Source of the DNA: an uncultured Acidobacteriota bacterium
GTDB taxonomy: Bacteria > Acidobacteriota > Thermoanaerobaculia > UBA5066
Direction of reading: 5' to 3'
Length of the DNA: 64,000 nucleotides
NCBI GenBank assembly: GCA_963779415.1
Contig: CAVZYA010000002.1
Location: 352,001 to 416,000, forward strand
In this document: positions 17,626 to 27,940 of the stretch, in pieces
Layout: each line of letters opens with the position of its first letter
Numbering within the stretch: the stretch's first letter is position 1
Notes under the pieces: generated by a model
What the model was told of the DNA's origin: nothing
Database searches by the model: none
The model's input: the letters and a program-made list of their open reading frames with translations, nothing else
Program-made: the position numbers and the translations under genes

Positions 17626-18813
17626 GTGACGCGTCCCCCCCGCTCGATCCTCGTCGTCGTCTTCCTGACGGTTTTCATCGACCTCGTCGGGTTCGGGATC
17701 GTCATCCCGCTTCTCCCGCTCTACGCAAAGACACATTCGCCGTCGCCGGCGGTCCTCGGACTCCTGATGGCGTCGTTCTCGGCCATGCAGTTCTTCTTCG
17801 CACCGGTTCTCGGCAGGCTCTCGGACCGGTTCGGCCGGCGGCCCATCGTCCTCTTCTCGCTCCTCGGGACGGTCGTGAGCTATCTCCTCTTCGCGTTCGC
17901 CCACACGATCCCGGGCCTCTTCGCCTCGCGAATCCTCGCGGGGATCACCGGCGGGAACATCGCCGCCGCGCAGGCGATCATCGCGGACGTGACGCCCCCC
18001 GAGGAGCGCGCACGCGGGATGGCGCTCGTCGGGATGGCCTTCGGGCTCGGCTTCATCTTCGGGCCGGCCATCGGCGGCTTCGCCGTCCGCCTCGGCGAGG
18101 CGGGGCCCGGCTTCTTCGCCGCCTCCCTCTCGGCCCTCGCGTTTCTCTGGGCCTTCTTCCGTCTCCCGGAGACGCGCCCCGAAAACGCGGCCCCTCGCCC
18201 GGCGACGCTTCTTCCGGTCGCGGCCCTCGTCCGGACCTTCCGGCGCCCCGGAATCGGCGTCTTTCTCCTTCTCTCGGCTCTGACGACGACGGCCTTCGCG
18301 AACTTCGAGGGGACCTTCTCGCTCTTCCTTTCGATGACCTTCCGCCTCCCGCCGGAGAAGGTCGCCGGAGCGTTCGTCGCGATCGGCGTTCTCGGCGTCC
18401 TCGTCCAGGGGGGGCTGATCCGGCCTCTCGTGAAGCGCTTCGGCGAGGTGTGGGTCCTCGTCGTCGGCGCGGCCCTCGTTCTCGCCGGCTTTCTTTCCCT
18501 CCTCGGCGCCCGGACGCTCGCGACTCTCGTTCCCGCCGTCGGCATTCTCGGCATCGGAATCGGCATCACGAACCCCGCCCTCTCCGGCGTCGTCTCGCGC
18601 CGCACGTCCCCCGCCGAGCAGGGCGAGGTGCTGGGCTCGTTCCAGTCGATGGCCTCCCTCGGGCGGGTCATCGGTCCCTTCTGGGGGGCGAGCGCTTTCC
18701 TTCGCTACGGGCCGGTCGGCCCCTTCGGCGCGGGGGTCCTTCTCGAGGCGGCGGCGTTGATCCTCTGCCTCTCGCGCCTCGCCCGGGAAAGACGGGAGGC
18801 GAGCACGGCATGA
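17626..18813 (+). CDS. MFS transporter, TetA-like / DHA1
   Basis: DLVGFGIVIPLLP, GRLSDRFGRRP, GFIFGPAIGG; about 12 TM segments. Confidence 0.92.
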   Translation: MTRPPRSILVVVFLTVFIDLVGFGIVIPLLPLYAKTHSPSPAVLGLLMASFSAMQFFFAPVLGRLSDRFGRRPIVLFSLLGTVVSYLLFAFAHTIPGLFASRILAGITGGNIAAAQAIIADVTPPEERARGMALVGMAFGLGFIFGPAIGGFAVRLGEAGPGFFAASLSALAFLWAFFRLPETRPENAAPRPATLLPVAALVRTFRRPGIGVFLLLSALTTTAFANFEGTFSLFLSMTFRLPPEKVAGAFVAIGVLGVLVQGGLIRPLVKRFGEVWVLVVGAALVLAGFLSLLGARTLATLVPAVGILGIGIGITNPALSGVVSRRTSPAEQGEVLGSFQSMASLGRVIGPFWGASAFLRYGPVGPFGAGVLLEAAALILCLSRLARERREASTA

Positions 18814-19358
18814 GCGCCCCCGTGGCGCTCCTGCGGGAATGTCCCGCGATCCGGATCCCGGAGGGGATGCTGTTCGTCCTCCCGGCGGGAACGCCGGTCA
18901 CCCTCATGCAGGCTCTCGGCGGCTCTTACACGGTCGAGGTGCCGTCGTTCGGCGGCCTCTTCCGGATCGCAGGGCGCGACGCCGACGCGCTCGGCCGCGC
19001 GCCCGCCGCGCGCGGGGACGCCCCGGCGGCCGGAGCGGCCGGCCCAGTCACGGAAGAGGCCGTCTGGGACCAGCTTCGGGGCTGCTACGACCCCGAGATT
19101 CCCGTCAACGTCGTCGACCTCGGCCTCGTCTACGACCTGAAGCTCCTCCCGCACCGGTCGGGGAAGAGCCGCGTCGAAGTGAAGATGACCCTTACGGCGC
19201 CCGGGTGCGGGATGGGTCCGGCCATCGCGGCCGATGCCCAGCAGAAGATCGCAGCGCTCCCCACCGTCGCCGAAGCGGAGGTCGCCATCGTCTGGGACCC
19301 GCCCTGGAGCGCCGACATGATGACCCCCGAAGGGAAACGCCGGCTGGGGATAGGTTAG
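18810..19358 (+). CDS. sufT: Fe-S assembly protein SufT (DUF59)
   Basis: QALGGSYTV, CYDPEIPVNVVDLGLVY, MTLTAPGCGMG, VWDPPW; ATGA overlap with the MFS stop. Confidence 0.92.
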   Translation: MSAPVALLRECPAIRIPEGMLFVLPAGTPVTLMQALGGSYTVEVPSFGGLFRIAGRDADALGRAPAARGDAPAAGAAGPVTEEAVWDQLRGCYDPEIPVNVVDLGLVYDLKLLPHRSGKSRVEVKMTLTAPGCGMGPAIAADAQQKIAALPTVAEAEVAIVWDPPWSADMMTPEGKRRLGIG

Positions 19359-19360
19359 CC

Positions 19361-21145
19361 TCAGTTTGGCTCGGCCTCGTCGTCCGAAGCGGGCAGGAAA
19401 GACGGATCCCCCGAGACGTTGTCGATGACGGAAACGTAGGGGAAGACGGGCGCCGCGGCCGTGACGACGAGATACGCGTTCGACGTGACGACCGAGCCTG
19501 CGCCGACGAGGTCGAAGATGTTCGGCGAGAGCTGGTAGGCCTCCAGAGGAGCGTACGTCCTCGTCGCGGCCCCCAGAAGCGTTCCGTCCCCGTCCCGGAG
19601 CGTGAAGGTGATCTCCACGGGCGTCTCGTTCGGGTTGTAGGCCCCGGCATTCGAGCGCGAGCCGACGGTAGTGCTTCCTCCCCACGCAAGGCCGAGGAAC
19701 AGCGCCCGCATTCTGGCCGCCGACTGAGGAAGGGCCGGGATCATCGTCCCGAAGGCGGGAGCGGGGGGAAGAGGAGAGGAGATCCGGGACGAGGCGCTGA
19801 CCGGCCCGGTGGAGGTCGGCCACGAGATCTCGATGGCGCCGGCGGTGCCGGGAGCCATGAACGTCTGGCCGATGACGTCGGTCAGCATCACCTCCTGGCG
19901 CGGGGCAAGGCTGAGAACCTGCGTTCCGTTCCCGCAGCTCAACCCGGCGAAGCATCGATAGACGAGCGTCACGGGCGTCGACGAACCATAGGACCGATTC
20001 ATTAGCCAGACGTCCGTGTGGAAGAAGGTCCCGTTCCAGCCGGCCTTCGAGGCGGCCGTCGGAACGGTCAGCATGGCTTTCCCTGAAGCCGGCCCCGAAA
20101 GAGAAAGCCGGCCCACCTTGTGTGCCTTGCTCTCCGTGAACCAGATGTTCCCGTCCGGGCCGGCGCAGATGGCGGCCGGCCCCGCGTCGGGTGTCGGCAC
20201 CTGAAACTCCGTGACGACACCCTGCGGCGTAATCCGCCCGATCTTGTTGCCGTCAAACTCGGTGAACCAGAGGTTCCCATCGAGGCCAGCGGCGATGTCG
20301 AACGGAGAGCTGTTCGGCGTCGGCATGGCGTACTTCGTCACGGCGCCGGCCGCCGTCACCTTGCCGATGGCGTTGCTCCTCATCGTGATCCAGGCATTTC
20401 CGCCCGGGCCGAGCACCATAGAAGTGGCCTGATCCGGGTCGAGCGAGGCGACGATGCTGAGCCCCGTTCCGTCAAGATTGATGCGCTGAATGCCCGCGAA
20501 CGGCAGCGTCGGATGAGACTGGTGAAACAGGTCCGAGAAGATGAACCAGAGGCTGCCTTCTGGGGAGACGATGATTCCCGTAGCGCTCGTGCCGTATGGG
20601 AGCGGGTACGTCGTGATCTGCCCACCGGGCGAGGCCTTTCCGATGGCCGTAAGGCCGGGGCCGATGGGCCCGGTTATCCCCGCTGACGTAAACCAGACAT
20701 TTCCATCGGGGCCGGACACGAAGCCTACCGGCACCGCAAGATACAAGCCAAGCGGAAGCTCGAGGAGCTGGCCCGATGTCGAGATCCGGCCAATGCCGGG
20801 AGGCCCCCCTTCCATTCCAAACCAGATGTTCTGATCGGGTCCGACCGTGATCCCTGACGGGCCTACTCCGGGCGCCACGTCGAACTCGGTGGTCGATCCG
20901 TCCATCGCCACCCGCACGATCCTGGAAGAGCCGAACTCTGTCATCCAGAGGGCCCCGTCCGGGCCTGCTGTCATCGAGTGGGCGTAGAAGTCTGGCTCGC
21001 TGTTTACCCACCCTGATCCAGCCAGCGGGAATTCCGTCATGAGACCCTGGCCCTTGGTCGCAGGCGCCCACACGACGAGGCAGCAGGCGAGGGTGGCTGG
21101 CACGAGCCGGGGAAACCTAGGGGGCCTTACGTGAACCTGCGTCAT
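19361..21145 (-). CDS. Secreted Vgb (virginiamycin B lyase-like) beta-propeller with an uncharacterised C-terminal beta domain
   Basis: Signal peptide; repeated GPDGNIWFT-type blades; C-terminal GWNGTFFHTDVWLMN...RSNAGAYNP...VIDNVSGDP. Confidence 0.8.
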   Translation of the reverse strand: MTQVHVRPPRFPRLVPATLACCLVVWAPATKGQGLMTEFPLAGSGWVNSEPDFYAHSMTAGPDGALWMTEFGSSRIVRVAMDGSTTEFDVAPGVGPSGITVGPDQNIWFGMEGGPPGIGRISTSGQLLELPLGLYLAVPVGFVSGPDGNVWFTSAGITGPIGPGLTAIGKASPGGQITTYPLPYGTSATGIIVSPEGSLWFIFSDLFHQSHPTLPFAGIQRINLDGTGLSIVASLDPDQATSMVLGPGGNAWITMRSNAIGKVTAAGAVTKYAMPTPNSSPFDIAAGLDGNLWFTEFDGNKIGRITPQGVVTEFQVPTPDAGPAAICAGPDGNIWFTESKAHKVGRLSLSGPASGKAMLTVPTAASKAGWNGTFFHTDVWLMNRSYGSSTPVTLVYRCFAGLSCGNGTQVLSLAPRQEVMLTDVIGQTFMAPGTAGAIEISWPTSTGPVSASSRISSPLPPAPAFGTMIPALPQSAARMRALFLGLAWGGSTTVGSRSNAGAYNPNETPVEITFTLRDGDGTLLGAATRTYAPLEAYQLSPNIFDLVGAGSVVTSNAYLVVTAAAPVFPYVSVIDNVSGDPSFLPASDDEAEPN

Positions 21146-21349
21146 AGGATTGCTTCCCTTCCGTACGTGCTACCAGGTTGACTGGACCCTCCGGGCTTCC
21201 CGCCAAGTCTGACAGGGCGTGGCTCGTTTTCGCCGCAGTCACGCCCCGTAGGGTGCAAAACTGCGCGCCGTCTCGTCGGGCGTCGGCCGCACGTTTCAGG
21301 TCCAACGCCGAGAAGTCGGAACCTAAACGGTCGGCAGCGCCCGTAGCCT

Positions 21350-24133
21350 TCAATGCGCATTCGAAATGGCGATGGCGAAGTCCTGCCGCCGAGTGTTCCC
21401 GGTTGGATCGATGCCGTCGCCCTGAAGGGATGTTGCCGTAACGCTAAGGGTGAATTGTGTCCCGTTGGCTGCGAACGCGTAGGCCGGGAGCGAGATGCGC
21501 TCCACATTGTTCTTGTGGTCGAAGTTGAGCGTCCCATACTGACCAATGGAATACCCTTGTCGATCGCAACACGTGCTGCATGTGTAGTAATAGTCACCGG
21601 TAAAGACAGGCGCGCCGCCAGGGCCCGGGATATCCAGCCGCAGATCGAGGTCATTGACCAGCGTGCCGACAGGATTCAACAGATTCACTATGGTGACAGC
21701 ATCGGTCCAGACCAACGTGATTTCGATCGGCAGCGTGTAGTCGACCACAGAAAACGTCTGCCACCAATACTGCCCGTTGGCGGTAAACGGCTGTTGCTGG
21801 TCGCGGAAGAAGTAATTAGTGACCGGACGAAACAGCTCGTTCAGTGCGAGACCGCCCCAGCCCTGATGTCGATCAGGCCTGGGAAGCGTTGTGCCGCAAT
21901 ACGAACAGGTCGTGCAGCTCGGTGGGGGGTTTGTGCACGCCGGGTTGCAGGGGGCCAGATTCTTGCTAGCGGTGAGAAGAATGGCCTTTGTGAGGGCGGG
22001 CGAGGGGTCGGCAATGTTGAAGGCCGGGGTACTATGTACCCATTCTCGAACGAGAGCGGCGGCGCCTGTAACGACAGGTGTCGCAAAGCTCGTCCCCGAA
22101 TCCCACTGATAGTGTGGCTGACCAGATCCGGCGCCAGTCAGATTCTCATTGCAGCCCAAGAGACAGGGGTTGGCCGCGGCAGTTGAACGGCCGTAAGAGC
22201 GGGTGCCCGGGGCGACAAGGTCGGGCTTGGCGCGATTGAGGGACCATCCGATCCGACTAAACAGGGCCACCTGTCGCTGGTCGTCTGCGTCGGTGCCCCT
22301 CATGCAGGGGCATGTGCCAGTGCCGTAGGTCTGCTGGTTATACGATTCCGTGGCGCCGACTGTGATCACGTTCCTGGCGGTGCCCGGCGCTGGGATGGAC
22401 CCGGGTTGCTGGGAGCTACAGGCCGAGTAATCGTTGTCTGCGGCCACGACATGGAGGGCTTGCTTCGGCTGGCCCGAGGCGCCGTAAAGCCTTGTATTGG
22501 CATCGAAGTCCCAGTAGTAGTAGTTCAGCCGTCGAGTGCTGCGGTCGAGTATGACCGCGGTCTCCTCATAGCCGCCTTCGGAGTACGGGTCGTTCCTCGC
22601 CCAACTGTGGTTGAAAAGTGTCACGCCAGGTCCGGTGACGTGGTAGTCGGGCAGGGTCGTGGTTGCCGAGAGCTCGACGAGGGAGTACACGAGGCGGGTG
22701 TATGAGTTACTGAGGTCGCCGCCATATGGAGTTCTATAAGCTTCAGGATGAGCAGGGCACTGCAAGGTCCGCCAGAATTTGGAGAGTGCGAGGCGGGCGC
22801 CTTGAGTGGTGCCCTGAGTGTTGGGAGCAGCGACGCCTTGGGTGAAGTTATAATGGTCGGTATCGTAGCCAGGGCTCGCTGGGCCGGCGTTGCCGGCGAG
22901 AATCGAGGCGACAAGCGTGCCGTGGAACCAGTAATCGTCGCCGCGCGTGTTGAGAACAGCGTCCCCAGTGGTGGTATCAGCGGCGAATACAAGACGGCAG
23001 GCGCTGGCGGTGCCCAGGAAGGGTGGGCAGTAAGCGACGCCGTTCTCAGTTAGGCCGGCATCGACGCCGGTATCAAGGAGACCGATCACCTGGTTTTCGG
23101 GATGAATGCCGATGGCGGATAGGCGTTTGAGGTACTCGTCCGAGTAGTAAAGGTTGTAGTAGTTAGGGTTAGGAGTATTGGAGGGGAGGGAGGATTGGGT
23201 ATACGTGGTGTTCGGGGTGGCGAAGGTGCCGCCGACGATGCGGTTGGAGCGCTCATCGGCGGGTCCCAAATGGATCGACATGCGCCGCACGCTCAAGACT
23301 TCAGGGAAGGAGGCGAAGTCGATGGCTTCCTGGCGGGTCAGGAGGGTGGTGTACGAAATGACGGTCGGCGTCTGGTCGATGATGGTGGGCTCGGCGCCCC
23401 CCCGGGTTCGAAGAAGGCCTGCTACCGTTTCGGAGGCAGCGGCGACGACATGAACGTAGGTCCACTGGGGGCCGTCGTCATCTCCCTCCTCGCGGGTGTC
23501 GAGGTTGAAGCGCTTTAGGCCTGCGGGAAGGTCGGTGGTCTTGTAGATCGTGGTGAATCGTCTGGGGAGCTGGCTGATGGCGGAGCGGGGACCGTAGAAG
23601 AGCCAGGCCATTGACTGCATGGGAGTCACGGGCTGAAAGCCGGCTTTTTCGAGGGCGTCGATCCAGGCTGGCTCGGGCCAGGCCTTGAAGACAACTGCGA
23701 AGAGGGCGTTGGAGAGCAGCGGGGTCGTCTCGGTGCGCCCGGGGAAGTCAGCTTCGAAGGCGTCGGTATCAGCGTCGTAGGGGCTCTTCGCGAAGTAGAT
23801 CTTTCTGGCGTCCGGCAGGGGCTCCAGCGTGACGAGCCCCTGTGATTGGAGGCTCTTCAACGCGGCGATTTGAGCCGGCGCGGACGTAAACACGACGCAT
23901 TGAAGTGCATTGCAGAACTGTTCCCCCACGTTGCTGCCGGCAAGGATGTCTGCTGGCGCGGACAGGCCGGTGGCGGTTGTGGCCCCGTGGCCGGACCGGA
24001 CCACGAACGTGCCCGCGGAGGTCTGGTCCTGCGCCAAGGCCGTCGGGGATGCAACCGCGAACAGTAGGGCTGTGAGGAAAAAAAGGGCAATGCCAAGAAT
24101 GCCCTCTGGGCTTCGTTTCATAAGTGCCTCCAA
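21350..24133 (-). CDS. Large secreted S8 serine peptidase
   Basis: Signal peptide; LLDTG, HGTLVAS, NVITVGA, KPDLVAPG, SGTSFATPVVTGAAAL, ITLVWTD...VNDLDL...NNVE. GC lower than the flanks. Confidence 0.88.
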   Translation of the reverse strand: MEALMKRSPEGILGIALFFLTALLFAVASPTALAQDQTSAGTFVVRSGHGATTATGLSAPADILAGSNVGEQFCNALQCVVFTSAPAQIAALKSLQSQGLVTLEPLPDARKIYFAKSPYDADTDAFEADFPGRTETTPLLSNALFAVVFKAWPEPAWIDALEKAGFQPVTPMQSMAWLFYGPRSAISQLPRRFTTIYKTTDLPAGLKRFNLDTREEGDDDGPQWTYVHVVAAASETVAGLLRTRGGAEPTIIDQTPTVISYTTLLTRQEAIDFASFPEVLSVRRMSIHLGPADERSNRIVGGTFATPNTTYTQSSLPSNTPNPNYYNLYYSDEYLKRLSAIGIHPENQVIGLLDTGVDAGLTENGVAYCPPFLGTASACRLVFAADTTTGDAVLNTRGDDYWFHGTLVASILAGNAGPASPGYDTDHYNFTQGVAAPNTQGTTQGARLALSKFWRTLQCPAHPEAYRTPYGGDLSNSYTRLVYSLVELSATTTLPDYHVTGPGVTLFNHSWARNDPYSEGGYEETAVILDRSTRRLNYYYWDFDANTRLYGASGQPKQALHVVAADNDYSACSSQQPGSIPAPGTARNVITVGATESYNQQTYGTGTCPCMRGTDADDQRQVALFSRIGWSLNRAKPDLVAPGTRSYGRSTAAANPCLLGCNENLTGAGSGQPHYQWDSGTSFATPVVTGAAALVREWVHSTPAFNIADPSPALTKAILLTASKNLAPCNPACTNPPPSCTTCSYCGTTLPRPDRHQGWGGLALNELFRPVTNYFFRDQQQPFTANGQYWWQTFSVVDYTLPIEITLVWTDAVTIVNLLNPVGTLVNDLDLRLDIPGPGGAPVFTGDYYYTCSTCCDRQGYSIGQYGTLNFDHKNNVERISLPAYAFAANGTQFTLSVTATSLQGDGIDPTGNTRRQDFAIAISNAH

Positions 24134-24272
24134 TGAAAGGAGATCAGCGAATAAGGCTCGGTGCTAAGGGTTCCAGGGTTTCGATAGACGACACTTGGCC
24201 TCACGTCTTCAATGGGCGAAAGGAAGCGATGTTTCTCTTGTTGAAGTTAGGGCCGGGGGCTCAGTCTCGCAG

Positions 24273-24737
24273 TTACCTTTTCCTGCCAAACTTGTCTTCT
24301 TCTGCCATTCGAGGCACCGGTGCGGCGATAGCCGGCCTCCGAAGTGCGCCCAGCATCTCTTCTTCCTTCACCCGGCACCGGAGGCGCCCCGGCGTATCGG
24401 CGAACTCTCGGTGAACGAAACGGCAGAGCGACGGCGGGCTCGCGAAGCCGAGGCGCTCGCAGACACAGGAAAGAGGAATGTCCTCCAGAAGCTCGTGCCG
24501 CAGCTCGCGGCGTCGCCAGATGACGAGGAGGTCCCGGACGGTGAGACCTGCCTCACGAAGCCTTCGGTGAAGAGTCCGCTCAGAAACTCCGAGGCGGTGA
24601 GCGAAGGCCTTGGCCCCAAGCCGGGCGAGGAGGCCGAGTCGTTCCGGATCAGTCAGAAGGCCGCCCACCGTCAGAGACGACGGCAGGGGCTTCCTCGTCT
24701 TTCTATGAGTTGCCCCGATGCGTTTCGATGCCGACAT
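24273..24737 (-). CDS. Stand-alone AraC-type HTH protein
   Basis: AHRLGVSERTLHRRLREAG...ERLGFASPPSLCRFVHREFADTP; no sensor domain. Confidence 0.7.
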   Translation of the reverse strand: MSASKRIGATHRKTRKPLPSSLTVGGLLTDPERLGLLARLGAKAFAHRLGVSERTLHRRLREAGLTVRDLLVIWRRRELRHELLEDIPLSCVCERLGFASPPSLCRFVHREFADTPGRLRCRVKEEEMLGALRRPAIAAPVPRMAEEDKFGRKR

Positions 24738-25055
24738 GGTCGGTGCCTTCTTCGGATCGGTCGTTCCTCTTACTCGCAGAGCCTTGATCTGCCCCGTCCC
24801 GGTGCGTCGCGAGAGCCGCCTCAGGAAGGTACTCAGCCCTACTCCATCAGTAGAGTGGCCACGAGAGGCCTTTTTTCGGACAGGCTCCGGAACTTTTTCT
24901 TCTACGGAAGTCGAGAGTCGAGACCCGTCGCTTCCGAGCGGCGAGCGCGTAGTCCAGATCAGGCTCGATGGCGTTCGATGGGAGCGGCCGCGATTCGCTC
25001 CTAGAATCGATGACTTAGAGGTCGAAGATCCCCTCTGATGCGGAAGATGGGCGAT

Positions 25056-25394
25056 CTACTGAATCCGAACTCTTCCGGAGAAGCCTTCTTCGTAACCGTG
25101 GAAGTAGTCGAGCGACTCCTCGGGCCATTTCCAGCAGAAGTAGCCGCCCCCCGAGTCGAAGTCGACGAGCCACGGCCCCTTGACCTCGATCCCGAGAGCC
25201 TCGATGTCGCGGGCCCACGCCCCGAGGATCTCGGCGGCCTCCCGTTCCAGCTGCTCGCGCGATTCCTCCGCGTCGTCGGATTCTCCCCCCGTCGTTCGGG
25301 CCAGCGCCGAAAGGGCTTCCTTCGTCCGCTTTCGAACGGCCGGTATCAGGTTCCGTGCCTCCTCGTATGAGAAAACCCGCTTCGCGGCGCCCAC
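25056..25394 (-). CDS. DUF2203 family protein
   Basis: FSYEEARNLIP, GIEVKGPWLVDF, CWKWPE..LDYFHGYEEGFSGR; probable GTG start at 25394. Confidence 0.88.
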   Translation of the reverse strand: MGAAKRVFSYEEARNLIPAVRKRTKEALSALARTTGGESDDAEESREQLEREAAEILGAWARDIEALGIEVKGPWLVDFDSGGGYFCWKWPEESLDYFHGYEEGFSGRVRIQ

Positions 25395-25434
25395 GCCGGC
25401 ATCGTAACGCACCGGCTCTGTCTATGATCCGCGC

Positions 25435-26612
25435 GTGAGACCCCTCGAGACCGACGCGGCGCGCCTGGCTGCCGGCGCCATCGCTCTTCGCCGACAGATT
25501 CACGCGCGGCCCGAGACCGCCTTCGAGGAAGTGGAGACGGCGGCACTTGTCGCCGGCCGGATGCGTGCGCGCGGCCTCACCGTGAGGACCGGCCTCGGTA
25601 AGACCGGCCTCGCGGCCCTTCTGGACACGGGGCGTCCGGGGCGGACGGTGCTCCTCCGCGCCGAGCTCGACGCGCTCCCCGTCGCGGAGCGGACCGGCCT
25701 CCCGTTCGCCTCAACCAACGGGAAGATGCACGCCTGTGGGCACGACGGCCACATCGCGGCGCTCGACATGGCCGCCGATCTCCTCCTTGGGGACCCTCCG
25801 GAACGGGGACGGATCGTCTTCGCCTTCCAGCCTGCCGAAGAGAGCACCGGAGGCGCGACCTCGATGATCGCCGATGGCGTTCTCGCCGACCCGCGTCCGG
25901 ACGTCGTTTTCGGCCTCCATCTCTGGACGCCGCTCCCGTTCGGCACGGTCGGCGTGATGGCGGGCCCGATGATGGCGGCGGTGGACGAGTTCTCAATCGA
26001 GGTGACCGGCCGGGGAGGACACGCCGCCTCGCCCCACGAGACATCCGACGCGGTTCTGGCCGCTTCGAACGTCGTGCAGGCGCTCCAGTCCGTCGTTTCG
26101 CGGCGGCTCCCGCCCCTCTCGCCCGCCGTGGTTTCGGTTGCGTCCATCCACGGAGGAACCGCCTTCAATGTCCTCCCCGACCGTGTCGTCCTGACGGGCA
26201 CCTGCCGCTCCTTCGAATCCGGTACGGTCGACGCGCTTCCCGGACTCGTGACCGGAATTGCCACGGCAGCCGCAATCGTCTCGGGCTGCACGGCGGAGAC
26301 CACCTACATCCGGAAGAGCCGGGCTCTCGTCAACGACGCCGGCGAAGCAAGTCGCGCCGCCCGATGCGCGGCCGCCATCGTCGGGGAAAGGAACGTGACA
26401 TCCGACTGCCGGACGATGGGGGGGAGGATTTCAGCGAATTCCTCGCGAGGCTTCCGGGTGCGTTCGCCTTCGTCGGCGCCGCGCCGGTCTCGAACTCGCC
26501 GGGACTCCGGCGGATGCACCACGCTCCCGATTTCGACTTCGACGAGCGCGCTCTTCCCGTCGCCGCGAGGCTCCTCGCCGCGTACGCCCGCTCTGTCCTC
26601 GCGGGCGAATGA
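25435..26612 (+). CDS. M20D amidohydrolase, split by a 1-nt frameshift in the G7 run at 26418-26424
   Basis: MHACGHDGH, FQPAEE, GGHAASPH in the first frame; GGEDFSEF...MHHAPDFDFDERAL in the next frame; the stop overlaps the downstream ATG. Confidence 0.85.
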
Positions 26613-27940
26613 CGCTCGCCCTTCTCCTTTACGGCGCCGTCGTCCTCCTCGTCGGCGCGGCGGCGGCCCGCGCCTCCTCGCGCGGGCCGGAGTCGTTCCT
26701 CGTCGGGGATCGCTCGTTCGGAGCCCTCGCCGTCTGGGCCGCGCTCTCCTCGACGACGATCGGGGGGTCCACGACGCTCGTCCTCGCGGCACTCGTCGCG
26801 CGCTCCGGCCTTCCGGCGCTCTGGCTCGACATCGCCGGGGCGCTCGGCCTGGCCGCCCTCGGGCTCTTCCTCGCGCGGCGCGTCCGCGCCACCGGCGCCG
26901 TCACCATCGCCGAGGTGATCGGCCTCTTCTACGGACCCTCCGTCCGGCGGATCGCCGCCTTCCTCGTCGTCCTCGCCGAGATCGTCTGGTTCGCGCTCCT
27001 CGCGGAGGCGACGACGGCCGTCCTGACGGCCGCCACGCCGTGGGAGCCGCGGCGCGTCCTCGTCCTCTCGACGCTCGTCTTCGTCGCCTACACGCTCCTC
27101 GGCGGGCAGCGCGCCGTCGTCCGGACCGACCTCCTCCAGCTCGCGCTGATGGCGGCGGGGATTCTCGCCATCGCCGCCCCCCTCGCGGTCCGTTCCCTCG
27201 CCGGGACGGGCCTGCCGCACGCACTTCTCTCGTTCCCGTTCGGCCCGCGCCTCGGGCCGCTCGACGCGGCTGCGCTGCTGGTCCTCGTCGGGCTCCCCCA
27301 TGCGGTGGGGAGCGACGTCTGGGCGAAGCTCCTTTCCGCGCGGGACGAGACGGCGGCACGCCGGGCCGCCCTCGGCGCCGCCGGATCGAAGCTCCTGTTC
27401 GGTCTCGCGACGGTCACGATCGCCCTCGCGGGGTCGGCGCGCGGCCTCGGCGCCGGGCCGGAGCTCTTCCCGCGGACCGTTCTGGCGCTCGTCGGAGAGG
27501 CGCTCGGCCCGTTCCTCCTCGTCGCGATGGTCGCGACGATGCAATCCTCCTCCGACTCCGTCCTTCTCTCCGCCGCCGCGGCCACGGTCCACGATCTCCT
27601 TCCGCGCCGCTTCGACACGCCGGGAATGGCGCGCCTCTTCGTGGCGCTCTACGGCGGCTGCGGCCTCGCGGTCGCGCTGGCCCTTCCCGACCTCGTCGAG
27701 ACCTTCCGGCTCGGATACACGCTCTTTGCGTCGGGGCTGATCCTCCCGACGCTCGTCGCGCTGACTCCCTCTCTCCGCGTCTCGCGTGCCGTCGCCGGGG
27801 CCGCGATGCTGACGGGGGCCGCTGCGGCCATGGCCGAGCGCCTCTTCGGTCTCACGGGCCTCGACCCGGTCCTCTTCGGAACGGGCGCCAATGCCGCGGT
27901 CCTCCTCGCGGGCCTCCGGCGGCGGGAGACCTCCCTCTAG
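26609..27940 (+). CDS. Sodium:solute symporter family protein
   Basis: FLVGDRS, STTIGGS, YTLLGGQRAVVRTDLLQ, ATMQSSSDS; highly hydrophobic. Confidence 0.88.
   Translation: MTLALLLYGAVVLLVGAAAARASSRGPESFLVGDRSFGALAVWAALSSTTIGGSTTLVLAALVARSGLPALWLDIAGALGLAALGLFLARRVRATGAVTIAEVIGLFYGPSVRRIAAFLVVLAEIVWFALLAEATTAVLTAATPWEPRRVLVLSTLVFVAYTLLGGQRAVVRTDLLQLALMAAGILAIAAPLAVRSLAGTGLPHALLSFPFGPRLGPLDAAALLVLVGLPHAVGSDVWAKLLSARDETAARRAALGAAGSKLLFGLATVTIALAGSARGLGAGPELFPRTVLALVGEALGPFLLVAMVATMQSSSDSVLLSAAAATVHDLLPRRFDTPGMARLFVALYGGCGLAVALALPDLVETFRLGYTLFASGLILPTLVALTPSLRVSRAVAGAAMLTGAAAAMAERLFGLTGLDPVLFGTGANAAVLLAGLRRRETSL

Noticed and set aside
21146-21349. Possible integron attC site between island genes
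   Set aside because: No convincing RYYYAAC...GTTRRRY pair with an internal palindrome, and no integron integrase.
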